The notes under the pieces: model-generated
Told to the model about the DNA's origin: nothing
The model's database searches: none
What the model saw: only the letters and a program-made list of their open reading frames with translations
Part shown: one piece after another, positions 49,201 to 56,146 of the stretch
Layout: each line of letters opens with the position of its first letter
Numbering within the stretch: the first letter of the stretch is position 1
Assembly (NCBI GenBank): GCA_022848865.1
Contig: JAJISE010000004.1
Location: 1,887 to 65,886 of the forward strand
Origin: Thermoplasmatota archaeon
Lineage (GTDB): Archaea > Thermoplasmatota > Thermoplasmata > RBG-16-68-12 > JAGMCJ01
Direction of reading: 5' to 3'
DNA length: 64,000 nt
Translations under genes and position numbers: made by a program

Positions 49201-49792
49201 TGAAGAAGAAGAAAGTCGTAACGACGAAGAAGAGAACGTATGCGTCGTGGTCGCCGTTTGTTAGCGGGCTTCTCTGGATGTGTGCGGGCATGACCGCGAG
49301 CAGGAAGGCCGCCAGCATCGCCGCCTTTCTTCCGAAGGCTCCCTTAGTCAGGAAGTACAACGGGAACACGGTCAGTGCGCCCCAGAGGGCCGTTGAGAAT
49401 ATGAACGAGTACCAGACGCTCGTGTCCACATCCGGGAACAGCGGCGCCAACGCCATGCCTGAGACGGCAACCGACCAGTCGAACATTGGCGGACGACCAG
49501 AGGCCTGGCTTCCGAAGGGGTACGCAAGGAGCGGTTCCTCCACCAGATGGTGGCCGGTGTCGACGACGTAGTCGATCACCCTCTTGTGGTAGTACGAGTC
49601 AGAACCCCCCGAGACGACAAAGCCAGTATCCGTTGCCAGGTCGAACGCGAAGTAACTTCTCAGGTATACCGCGAGGACGAAGATGAGCACCAGGGCTATG
49701 ATGCTCGACCAATTCTTCCGGAACCAAGTCCGTGCCTCTTCACGGATTGATTTTGTCACCTGTATCACCGAGGGACTGGTAGCCCGTTCCAT
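43253..49792 (-). CDS. aglB: archaeal oligosaccharyltransferase AglB (STT3 family) with about 1300-aa C-terminal extension of carboxypeptidase-regulatory/Ig-like repeats and a C-terminal TM anchor (2179 aa)
   Basis: 13-TM N-terminal domain with ..SWWDYGFE.. (WWDYG catalytic motif); then repeated ..G(T/S)VTVDGETPLSGIRVTV.., ..G.YK/E..LPEG.Y.. beta-sandwich units; C-terminal LLVGVIVAALVVALAFVRRRRRK. Confidence 0.8.
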   Translation of the reverse strand: MERATSPSVIQVTKSIREEARTWFRKNWSSIIALVLIFVLAVYLRSYFAFDLATDTGFVVSGGSDSYYHKRVIDYVVDTGHHLVEEPLLAYPFGSQASGRPPMFDWSVAVSGMALAPLFPDVDTSVWYSFIFSTALWGALTVFPLYFLTKGAFGRKAAMLAAFLLAVMPAHIQRSPLTNGDHDAYVLFFVVTTFFFFMRALGTLQERKWVRNWFKPKDITKGLSEFFRLNREPVLYSFMAAISLTAIALAWKGFGYVVVILLLYFFFQILLNKFRGVDSTGILVCFAVTVGVALILSMPWYVQFLKMGDFSTPAYMFIAGLVFGVIFVVTRDYPWSLVMPTFFAASGIALFLMFIFVPTTVSTFLAGAGYFIRTKAYETIAEAQPPTFSQQAMSFGAITYFLGLFGLAYAAVQLPKRMKPDYLFIIVWTGAAIFMALSAARFIFNAGPAFAAASAWIVMLVIDKLDFKSAKKVYDSLSGNKLHALRRGVKVRHVVGVLFIAFLVVLPNVWYGVDASIPFEDKRRLDEEIYDSTPYFMQPEHYSAPWFLGAFGYSLPLSNRYWPAAWDWLEKQDEDILPYEDRPAFLSWWDYGFEAVQEGKHPTVADNFLHGYPTAGNFIAAQDENTAIAYLSTQLIQGDYAEHGRQLGPEIRAILETHGLNPDEVEMVLRYPTIYIDEIVRDPDRFGPRDDVIQAQNALLIYMKQLLIEQLDTDEQADLYLDIIDATGKSIRYFSVDSRMFPFSGGNPGIFYAPIKLSDHRIKDYEVRPDVPIDFFDLICVDSRGMGHNCDEVTAAQGVSSFEIVYKDMFWDSMFYRAYIGYSAKDLGEDREGIPGLSGEYMNSMPLHGWGLKHFKMVYRTAYYNPYPPDQYQNHTDAWTAVNFDDALRYQEEIQVGLRQGVVDLSSRSGLTSGVVFLKYYHGAIVSGTVTVDGETPLSGIRVTVRDEYSVPHYVSHTDSNGNYQVLVPFGDIDLVASTGTSNNMTMIGETVLNTTTISVTDAQAMRMPNDMDGDGELDFYITENIVVDGGGLTGSVFIDENENTFSESYEPRIANAELVFIHVNTGKEVRATTNENGFYKMTGAFPGEYGLIVVTPDRTLGPYYMNVTAGETKLTNVPVQPSSIGGLVRFEDGTPAEDTTVVLLDEHNGTEIGQMSGLNGVFEFTSLLPGNFTILAERGEYRSLPLRLRILDEGDSRIRNVTLLPSGDVKGRSREFGNAISNVAIVFRSLRHQTFDVFVRTDEGGFYEVDLPEGDYLVYSLHDIEGQKLVHMRGLTVRRGETTLYDVNLENAIEVSGNVIDGANDVPQNQIRIYFGTGDARIVVITDAKGDYSLYIPKGEYSIWVSQQNFVHLEKRQLTSDTTIDIRLQTSVSVTNTLYEDKNANDVYDIGEGIEDVEVAITDSMGATVKFLTDGAGKFTGPLPEAGQYIVVFSKRGYSSKQIGPASVADINQYGAIQLISLFVGVQGSVLMNGEIFTDQTLEVRFESTGDGAVSDEILTSQGELQLSLRPGEYDVVIDEPVGGSEVERYQLVLPMELKLEPTDRPVQIELSITNKFLVSGNVTLEGIQVSSSITISGTQSDFAELPSGEFSLYLPEGEYTIVAQKDINGTEFMSVKSIVISDPLTLDMELHPKTNVTGRVFYNGSEHLTRLNISFLSESGDMIDRVGTTAAMYFVDLPPGRFVVEIDHPENATIDGLFKFVRYQFSETLLITEGLPERTYNINLVRVFDNVTVSGTILHQGQGVDAEATISADSQTAMDTTVQSQSDGTFSLTLAPGQYSIYIHKKEGHLVFLGRFEIVHGEDREFEFELTESYRVSGTASYRDGLRQKTYVYVLGEGSYNLESDDNGYFEVYLPPSPYEINAYTEDYEGEKLITYSAMQNLDVFGNEVVSLKLEKEIVRGVDIAWDSGQKRKIGGGESVTYTITIENTGNVPDEFEMTGVPPRDGWTFKFNPSKISLGTGEQAHGSFEVTVTAPADALIEHGPVKILATSANDADKTDEVTVEIEIKQFWGIALEISSDVPVYDGTYLDILVNLTNSGNGPDSYFIEITNVQPIENEGWEVGLRNQTSQHTAASLVGFEVPANSTSTFGLRLIPARKLLNQTVSITAHSHDNWGNDESIDIEVASPTAQVVGENMFAEGPNAHTEPLEDYVSYLLVGVIVAALVVALAFVRRRRRK

Positions 49793-49897
49793 AGATGTTC
49801 TTGTATATGTTTGTTTTCCTGTGGAAGTCTACCTTGGTTTGGCAACCCGACGGGTCACGCAGACCTCTGGGCAATCTGCAGGTCGTGAAGATAAGCC

Positions 49898-50608
49898 TTA
49901 CGGCTCTTGAGCGGGGGATTTCACCGCCGAGACCGTGACGTAGGCGGCTCTTCTCCTCCAGAAGCGCCCTTTTGCGAGCAGCCTTTCGTCGACCTGGACC
50001 AACAGCTTGCTCAGGCCGAGAAGCATCCTCCTCAAGCGGCCGCTGAGCCGGGACGCCAAGTGCGGCAGGAGATAGACGAAGATGAGGTGATATCTTGCCT
50101 CCAACATCGTCAGGCTGCTCGACACCGCCCGCTTGAGCCTTGCGGAGGAGAAGGCCCTCTCCGACGGATTGTGAAGCACAGTCCGGAAGATCCTACGCGC
50201 TAGCTCGGAAACGAGATTGTCAGATGTGGGTTCTTGACATATGAGGACCTGCCCGCTGCGGAGAACCCGTCCCGCCTCTTTGACAGCACTTTCGACGTCA
50301 TCCGGCACGTGGTGCAGGATAGCCCTCGCGGACACGAGGTCGAACGATTCGTCCTTGAATGGAAGATGGAGGATGTCCGCCCGGATGAACTCCACTGTCT
50401 CGGCTGGAGCCGCGCCATGGCTTATGTCGACGCCGATGATCCTCGCCTCCCTGTCCATTGAGATGAGCTTCCCAAAAGCGCCGTTGGAGGAGCCCAGATC
50501 GAGGATCACAGAGAACGAGCGGTCCTTCACCATCTCTCTCGGTGCGTCCATCAGCCCCTTCCAGCAGATACTTCTGGCATCTTGATCTATCTTCCAGTCA
50601 AGCCTCAT
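49898..50608 (-). CDS. class I SAM-dependent methyltransferase (Methyltransf_11-like), about 236 aa
   Basis: ..VILDLGSSNG.., ..FDLVSARAILHHVPD.., ..GQVLICQEP... Start MRLDWK at 50608 overlaps the stop of the upstream methyltransferase (ATGA). ORF-track N-terminal extension to 51001 is antisense noise. Confidence 0.6.
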   Translation of the reverse strand: MRLDWKIDQDARSICWKGLMDAPREMVKDRSFSVILDLGSSNGAFGKLISMDREARIIGVDISHGAAPAETVEFIRADILHLPFKDESFDLVSARAILHHVPDDVESAVKEAGRVLRSGQVLICQEPTSDNLVSELARRIFRTVLHNPSERAFSSARLKRAVSSSLTMLEARYHLIFVYLLPHLASRLSGRLRRMLLGLSKLLVQVDERLLAKGRFWRRRAAYVTVSAVKSPAQEP

Positions 50609-51330
50609 TCCGACCTCACCCCCACCACTTGGAAGGCATTGGCCAGATTCCAGAAGACCTCGTTCGCTTGGACGAGCTTCTTCCCGAACTTGTAGAGAAT
50701 CGTTCTGGGATTCCTCGGTGGCTGCAGCTCGTACGTCAGCGGGAACTCGTCCAGTATCCTCTTCAGCTCGGAAAGGGTCAGAGGATAGATTCTGAAGCGA
50801 TTTCCCCTTCCCATCAGCCTCACGTATCGATCCGCCCAGCTTCTCGGAAGATATGACAGGAAGGGGAGCTTGTGGTGTCCTTCCATGGGCCAGAGCTTGT
50901 TGTTTGTGGTCATGTAGAACGCACCACCGACCTGCAAGGCCTCCACGAGCACCTTGACCAGTCCTCTCTGATCCGGGACGTGTTCGATGACATCGCTGCA
51001 TATCGCGATATCGAAGCTCCCCGCCCCATCGTAGTCATAGATGGAGACGGCCTCGAATCTCGCATTGTTGATGTTCTCCTTCTCTGCCCAGTCCTCCGCC
51101 ATGCCGATGAGCCTCTCGTTATTGTCTATGCCGACGACGTCTCTCACCCTCATCGCGATGGGAATCGAGAGGGATCCTGGGCCGCAGCCGAGGTCCACCG
51201 CACGGCAGTCCTTCAGCGGTCTGTCAAGGAACGGCTCGAGAAGGGAGAGCAGATTGTCGATGTCCTCCAGTCTTCTCAACCATCTCCTTCTTGCCGCCTT
51301 CTCATCTGGAAGGACTGGATGCTCACCCAT
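50605..51330 (-). CDS. class I SAM-dependent methyltransferase, about 241 aa
   Basis: ..AVDLGCGPGSLSIPIA.. (motif I), ..FDIAICSDVIEHVPD.., ..GGAFYMTT... Start MGEHPV at 51330. Confidence 0.6.
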   Translation of the reverse strand: MGEHPVLPDEKAARRRWLRRLEDIDNLLSLLEPFLDRPLKDCRAVDLGCGPGSLSIPIAMRVRDVVGIDNNERLIGMAEDWAEKENINNARFEAVSIYDYDGAGSFDIAICSDVIEHVPDQRGLVKVLVEALQVGGAFYMTTNNKLWPMEGHHKLPFLSYLPRSWADRYVRLMGRGNRFRIYPLTLSELKRILDEFPLTYELQPPRNPRTILYKFGKKLVQANEVFWNLANAFQVVGVRSE

Positions 51331-51435
51331 CGTGGTAGGGTTTATTGGCGGAGTATTCTTAATCTTATTGCCATCGAAGCCTTTAAGAGATGTCTGGAAA
51401 ATCACCATGAAGGTGAGCGAGTGAAAAGGGACCTA

Positions 51436-51600
51436 ATGGACATACTATGTTGCCCTGTCTGCAAGTCCGATCTTGAGCTGAAGGTCGAGCGCGAGGAGGG
51501 AGACGAGATCGTTACTGGAGACCTCTTCTGTTCAAAGTGCGATCACGCATTCAAGATAGAAGACGGTATCCCCAACCTTCTCCCGCCAGACTTCAAATGA
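51436..51600 (+). CDS. trm112: Trm112-like small zinc-finger methyltransferase activator (54 aa)
   Basis: MDILCCPVCKSDLELKVEREEGDEIVTGDLFCSKCDHAFKIEDGIPNLLPPDF has Trm112/UPF0434 architecture (CPxC...CxxC...DGIPxLL). Not in the ORF track (<60 aa). Confidence 0.65.
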   Translation: MDILCCPVCKSDLELKVEREEGDEIVTGDLFCSKCDHAFKIEDGIPNLLPPDFK

Positions 51601-52093
51601 ACTCGTCCTGGACCTCGACAACCTCCTCGCTGGTCTTGGCCTTCGCATACAGCATGAGCGGTTCCTTGTTGAGCGTCAGGAAACCGGGACCCCATTTGAA
51701 CTTGTTAAGAACCGCAAGGCTCTGGTCCTCGTGGCCCATGATGAAGAGGGCGGCGGCCAGGGCCTCCGCTGTTGACAGTTGGAACGGCTTGCCATAGTTG
51801 ACGGGATTCGCGGCTATTAGGTATGGAAGGGCCCTGTCTATGGCGCCCCGTACCTCCGGGAAAGCGGGATGCTTCCAGCTGAGGTCGAGTGCCGCCAGCC
51901 CCCTCCTCGCTGCGTACTTCTCATCCTCTCTTGAGACCGCCCTGTCAGAGGTCGGGTTCAGGAGGACGCAACCCCTTGGCAGGCCCTTCGGACTGTTGGT
52001 GAGCGTGATCATGTCCATCCTGGCCAGCTTTCTCGCCGTGCACTTCTTAGGATCGCAAGCCTTGGCATCGTAAGCATAGAGCCTGATGCTCAC
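51593..52093 (-). CDS. tsr3: Tsr3 (DUF367) 18S/16S rRNA aminocarboxypropyltransferase
   Basis: ..LSTAEALAAALFIMGHEDQSLAVLNKFKWGPGFLTLN.. (Tsr3 C-terminal signature), about 166 aa, typical archaeal size. Confidence 0.65.
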   Translation of the reverse strand: MSIRLYAYDAKACDPKKCTARKLARMDMITLTNSPKGLPRGCVLLNPTSDRAVSREDEKYAARRGLAALDLSWKHPAFPEVRGAIDRALPYLIAANPVNYGKPFQLSTAEALAAALFIMGHEDQSLAVLNKFKWGPGFLTLNKEPLMLYAKAKTSEEVVEVQDEFI

Positions 52094-52259
52094 GAAAGGG
52101 GCATCGTCGTTCCGTATTACATTCTTTCCACCGCAAATGATATGTTCATGGAGGGCGGTACTATCACCGCCACGATGATGACAAAGCCCTACGCTGAATC
52201 CTGATGAATGATGGGCGACCTGAGTGGCATGACAACATTTTTAAGCATCCTCGCCGTTT

Positions 52260-52763
52260 ATGAGAATCGAAGGGAGAGTGGGATGCATGGTTACAGGATT
52301 TGATCTCCTCGGTCATAGCAGGAGCATTCAGGACCACTGGGCGAGAAGGGTGATTGCGTTCGGCGTTGACGTCGTTCTCGTGACGTTCCCAGTATGGATA
52401 CTCCTTCAGTTCGTTCCTACGGTGAACGTCGCGCTGTTCGGTCTGCTCTCAGGCCTTTGCCTTTTCACGTACTCGTCCCTGTTCGAGACGTATGTCGGCA
52501 AGACACCTGGGAAGGAGCTCATGAGCCTGCGTGTGGATTCCACGGCCGGATCCATGAGCCTGTCCTCCGGAATGCTCAGGAGCATAGCCAAGTTCTTCTG
52601 GTACATCTTCCCCCTGATGGACACCCTGCTCGGAATGGCGACCGAGGGGGACCCTCGGCAGAGGCTCACTGACAGAGTGGCAGGCACGGTCGTCGTCAGA
52701 GTGGCTCACGTGTCCCCGAGGAGGGTGAAGGTGAAGAGGGCCCCAGTCCCTGAGGAACAGTGA
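52260..52763 (+). CDS. RDD-family membrane protein
   Basis: RVIAFGVDVVLV..., ..RQRLTDRVAGTVVV.. (RDD motif), 3 TM. TATA-like CATTTTTAAG about 25 bp upstream (leaderless). Confidence 0.55.
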   Translation: MRIEGRVGCMVTGFDLLGHSRSIQDHWARRVIAFGVDVVLVTFPVWILLQFVPTVNVALFGLLSGLCLFTYSSLFETYVGKTPGKELMSLRVDSTAGSMSLSSGMLRSIAKFFWYIFPLMDTLLGMATEGDPRQRLTDRVAGTVVVRVAHVSPRRVKVKRAPVPEEQ

Positions 52764-52806
52764 CTGGGCTGATTACGTTATATACTCCGAACACTTTCGC
52801 GGGCTC

Positions 52807-53211
52807 GTGGGAGATGTTCTTGTTGCCTACGACGGTTCCGAGGGCTCCAGAAAGGCCCTGGAGAAAGCCGAGTCGATGCTCAAGGAAGGCGACCAGCTCG
52901 TGGCCGTCTACGTCCTGCCGACGAAGGAGATTGACGGCTTCGCCTACTTCGACTACGAGCTCACCCGCGAGAAGGCGCAGGAGGCCCTCAACGACGTGGT
53001 GGAGGAGCTCAAGTCGAGGGACGTGGACGCCATAGGCATCTTCCGGGAGGGCGATGTCGCCGAGGAGATAATCAAGATCGCCGCCGACATCCAGTGCGAT
53101 ATGATCGTGATAGGCTCGAAGGGACTCAGCAAGGTCGGGACCTTCACGCTGGGAAGCGTTGCCGAGAAGGTTGCCCGGCACTCCAACCGGATGGTTCTCA
53201 TTGTCAGGTGA
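52807..53211 (+). CDS. universal stress protein (UspA family)
   Basis: VLVAYDGSEGSRKALEKAE.., ..MIVIGSKGLSKVGTFTLGSVAEKVARHSNRMVLIV. GTG start about 25 bp after TATA TTATATAC. Confidence 0.8.
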   Translation: MGDVLVAYDGSEGSRKALEKAESMLKEGDQLVAVYVLPTKEIDGFAYFDYELTREKAQEALNDVVEELKSRDVDAIGIFREGDVAEEIIKIAADIQCDMIVIGSKGLSKVGTFTLGSVAEKVARHSNRMVLIVR

Positions 53212-53261
53212 GAGCTAGGGTTAAAATACTATGAGCCGCATTATTTCATAAGGCTGAGAAT

Positions 53262-53516
53262 ATGCTATTTGTGACCACTTTGAAACTTATGCCAGGGCAG
53301 TATGAGGATGCCACAAGGCTCTGCAAGCATCCCAAGATCCCAGAGAACGTGGAGATCAAGACGTTCCTCGGTCTTTTCGGTAAGCCCGATGTGCTGATAA
53401 TCTTCGAGGCTCCCGATCCGACCGCCGCCGCTGACTTCGCTATTCAGTTCGGTCGGGTTGCGGAGTCCACAACGGCTGTGGCCCTGCCCATAGAGGAGTT
53501 CAAGTGGACTTGGTAG
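53262..53516 (+). CDS. GYD-domain protein (84 aa)
   Basis: ..FLGLFGKPDVLIIFEAPDPTAAADFAIQFGRVAESTTAVAL.. fits the GYD family fold. Confidence 0.5.
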   Translation: MLFVTTLKLMPGQYEDATRLCKHPKIPENVEIKTFLGLFGKPDVLIIFEAPDPTAAADFAIQFGRVAESTTAVALPIEEFKWTW

Positions 53517-53762
53517 TCCCTTCTTCCTCTTCCTCGGACTCCATTTCTTGCCGTTTCCGGGCCCTTCTCCTGAAGACCAAGAAGGTCAGCCCTGCAAGCC
53601 AGACACCCTGGATTCCTATGACGAGCACCAATACCCAAAGAAGCATCTCTTCCTGCGTCATCCTAATTCTCCCGAATCCTGTGGGGACAATCCCTGTGTT
53701 GTACATTATGGGATGTCCCTACTGAACTGTTCCCACATCGCGAGATTTACCGATCCAGTCGC

Positions 53763-54203
53763 CTATTGCTCGGACCAGGACACGCCAAAGCTCTTGTCTC
53801 CCGTATTCCTCCATATAACGGCTAGTTCGTAGTCCGTGTCGGGGACCACAGAGACTGTGAATTTATCTCCCTTCGTGAGCTTGCCATCATAGTCGATTTA
53901 TATGACGTTGCCGACAGTTCCCGGTTCCAACGGATCCATTCTGCTCGCCTCGTCGACTGTCCTATTGATTGGCAGCACCACGGAGAAGAGGCGGGAGGCC
54001 AGAGCGTTCTCGGGTGCCCCAGTCACTTCAAAAGCAGCAGTTCCCGGGTCCGAGGTTAGCTTGGAGAGAAGAATCATCGGCGGTGGATTCGGCGTGCTGG
54101 TCACAAGCGAGGATACCGTGATGTATACGACGGATGCAAGAACGACAGTGATGGATATCAATAACACCACCGCTATGACGGGGGACACACCCCTCGAGTT
54201 CAT
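53763..54203 (-). pseudogene. archaeal type IV pilin-like protein (class III signal peptide) interrupted by an in-frame TAA (complement of 53898-53900); paralog of 54263..54736
   Basis: MNSRGVSPVIAVVLLISITVVLASVVYI.. ...TVGNVI*IDYDGKLTKGDKFTVSVVPDTDYELAVIWRNTGDKSFGVSWSEQ*. The segment after the stop aligns with ..LTKGDFFTLEGLSSGSTYELLLIWAADDG.. of the neighbouring intact pilin. Confidence 0.55.
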
Positions 54204-54211
54204 TGACTCAT

Positions 54212-54258
54212 CCCGGCTGGGATTAGCTTGAAAAAAAAAGAAAGAGAGAGGTGCTAAG
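54212..54258 (-). terminator. hairpin (GAGGT-n6-ACCTC) followed by a T9-containing tract, immediately after the major pilin stop
   Basis: Minus-strand sequence ...gaggtcttagcacctctctctttctttttttttcaag; oligo-T is the archaeal termination signal. Confidence 0.55.
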
Positions 54259-54262
54259 ACCT

Positions 54263-54736
54263 CTACGGTACGTTGATGATTTCGCTCGTTATCACGCCGT
54301 CATCGGCTGCCCAGATCAATAAGAGTTCGTACGTAGAACCTGAGGACAAGCCCTCCAAGGTGAAGAAGTCCCCTTTGGTGAGCGTATCGACGCCCGCCAC
54401 ATCCGTGTAGGTCAGGTTCTCATTCGCTGGACCCGATCCGATGAGTCCCGCGCTCAAAGCCTTCGGGAAACCACTCCATGCAGTTCCGTCCATTAGGACG
54501 GATACCTCATAGGAGCTGTATCCTACTCCTCTGTCGGGTGTCACTTTAAGTTCGTATTCACCAATTCCGACTCCCTTCTGCATAATGTCGATAGTCGGCG
54601 CACCGCTAGAGCCAGTACCGATCAGGCCAGACACCATCACGTACAGCACAGCTGCAAGTACCACGGTAATCGCCACCATGAGAATGGTAGCAATAACCGG
54701 AGACACAGCCTTCTCATTCCTTCGTATGTACTTCAT
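54263..54736 (-). CDS. archaeal type IV pilin / archaellin-like protein with class III signal peptide (157 aa)
   Basis: MKYIRRNEKAVSPVIATILMVAITVVLAAVLYVMVSG (K-A-V-S-P-V-I prepilin-peptidase site plus hydrophobic helix); strong terminator downstream. Confidence 0.8.
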   Translation of the reverse strand: MKYIRRNEKAVSPVIATILMVAITVVLAAVLYVMVSGLIGTGSSGAPTIDIMQKGVGIGEYELKVTPDRGVGYSSYEVSVLMDGTAWSGFPKALSAGLIGSGPANENLTYTDVAGVDTLTKGDFFTLEGLSSGSTYELLLIWAADDGVITSEIINVP

Positions 54737-54754
54737 GTTGTGTCACTCCTGTAG

Positions 54755-54800
54755 GTTACCCTACAGCTATTACTTTAGGCTCTGTCCGATATAAACGTTT
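54755..54800 (-). promoter_or_regulatory. pilin promoter (minus-strand TATA box AACGTTTATATCGG) and 7-bp perfect inverted repeat CTGTAGG-n4-CCTACAG in the 5' leader
   Basis: TATA about 45 nt upstream of the ATG at 54736; the palindrome 54755-54772 lies between TATA and the SD (GGAGTGAC). Confidence 0.45.
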
Positions 54801-54834
54801 CGCTTGAAGAATCGATAACAGGAACGAGCACCAG

Positions 54835-55605
54835 TTATTTCGGTGTGATACCCTCTTTCGTTATGGTGTACTCGTGGATTCCAGTCATCTCTGGATGGTT
54901 CCTCACTTTCCTGATGACAAGGTAGTTCTTGAACGTGTTCTCTACCCTCTCCCTCTGAAGCTCGATCGAGCAGTCTACTATCTCCTCAACGCTGCTCTGG
55001 GTGCGAGTAGCATAGACTCCCGTTAACAGTGTGAGCAGAGCCACTCCCTCCTGATGCTGGGTGTGACCCTTTATAGTCCTCAGGGAGGAAAGGACGTCCA
55101 CATGGTCGTAGTACTCCAGGAAGAAGTCCAGCGAGTCCACCACGACTCGGAACGGAGGATCCAGTCTGGACGTCTCGTACGTCAAGGCGGTGAGGAAGTT
55201 CATCCCGCCCCTGTCATCCACCTTCTCCTTCGTGGCAGCCATGAGATCCTTCATCGTTATCCCCTCCTGGCGGTAGCGGCTTATCTCGAGCTCCTTGGAG
55301 AGCACGTTGTCGTAGTACTGGTCAGCGATGTTGATTATCTTCATGCTCGACTTCCAGCCGAAGTGCTCCATCGTGGACGTAACGTCCAGATCCCTCTCCG
55401 TCGTGGTGAAGTAAGCGACGTTCTCGGAGTCTATCCCCGCGCTCGCGAACTGCTTCGCGAAGAGCTCTGTCCCAGAGCCAGGCGGTCCCGCGACCAGCAG
55501 GGTGAAGCCCCTGGGTATCCCATCCATGAGGGACTTGTCCAGAGCGGGGATTCCTGTTGTCACCGTGTCCATTCTACTCACCCGCCGCGACGATCGTCTC
55601 GTCAA
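54835..55605 (-). CDS. KaiC-like RecA-superfamily ATPase with atypical Walker A (GPPGSGTE, Lys replaced)
   Basis: ..TGIPALDKSLMDGIPRGFTLLVAGPPGSGTELFAKQF.. and Walker B VVVDSLD. Probable start MDTVTTGIP at 55572. Confidence 0.7.
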   Translation of the reverse strand: MTRRSSRRVSRMDTVTTGIPALDKSLMDGIPRGFTLLVAGPPGSGTELFAKQFASAGIDSENVAYFTTTERDLDVTSTMEHFGWKSSMKIINIADQYYDNVLSKELEISRYRQEGITMKDLMAATKEKVDDRGGMNFLTALTYETSRLDPPFRVVVDSLDFFLEYYDHVDVLSSLRTIKGHTQHQEGVALLTLLTGVYATRTQSSVEEIVDCSIELQRERVENTFKNYLVIRKVRNHPEMTGIHEYTITKEGITPK

Positions 55606-56143
55606 CCACGATATTGAGCATGTTCGAGATATCCTCGGACCTGTACTCCTCCATGGAGAATATCACTGTGTACGCCTTCTTGGCCCTGAGATTGTTGACG
55701 AGAAGGTGAAGGAACTCAGAGAGTATCTTCGTGTTGTTGTGGATTGCGAGCGAGTTGATGGAGTCCAGGATGACGATGTCGTTCTTCCCCTCTGTTCTCT
55801 TTATGAGGTACTCGACCTTGAGCATCAGGTTCTCCAGCATTGTCGGGCTCTCCACGTAGATGGTGTGTTCATGCTTGGATGCCAGGCTCATCATTATCTG
55901 GGATATGCAGTCCACGAAGTAGATGTCGGACATGTCTATCTCGAGGACCTGGAGTGCGTTGACTATCGATTGCGACGGTATTGTCGATGTGATGTAGATG
56001 CTGTCCAGCTCCTTCTTGACAGCGAAGTTGTCGAGGATTCCCCTGATAACGTCGAAGTAGTGCTCCGCCCGTATCTGCAGCGCGACCGCCGACGACTCGG
56101 GCAGGGTCAGGAGCTTATCAGCAACGTTGGTGGTTACACTCAT
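55574..56143 (-). CDS. KaiC-like domain protein lacking a P-loop (degenerate paralog), lower GC
   Basis: No Walker A; Walker-B-like ..KNDIVILDSINSLAIH..; architecture like the C-terminal part of KaiC-family proteins. Confidence 0.45.
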   Translation of the reverse strand: MSVTTNVADKLLTLPESSAVALQIRAEHYFDVIRGILDNFAVKKELDSIYITSTIPSQSIVNALQVLEIDMSDIYFVDCISQIMMSLASKHEHTIYVESPTMLENLMLKVEYLIKRTEGKNDIVILDSINSLAIHNNTKILSEFLHLLVNNLRAKKAYTVIFSMEEYRSEDISNMLNIVVDETIVAAGE

Positions 56144-56146
56144 AGC

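Noticed and set aside
49898-51001. 367-aa version of the methyltransferase ORF
   Set aside because: The first 131 codons are antisense noise overlapping the upstream methyltransferase; the conserved methyltransferase starts at MRLDWK (50608) with an ATGA overlap.
53500-53706. 68-aa minus-strand ORF (MYNTGIVPTGF...LLWVLVLVIGIQGVWLAGLTFLVF.. acidic tail)
   Set aside because: Could be a real single-TM micro-protein (start M at 53661). It overlaps the GYD gene 3' end, has no recognisable promoter or SD and no homology signal, so it is too weak to call.
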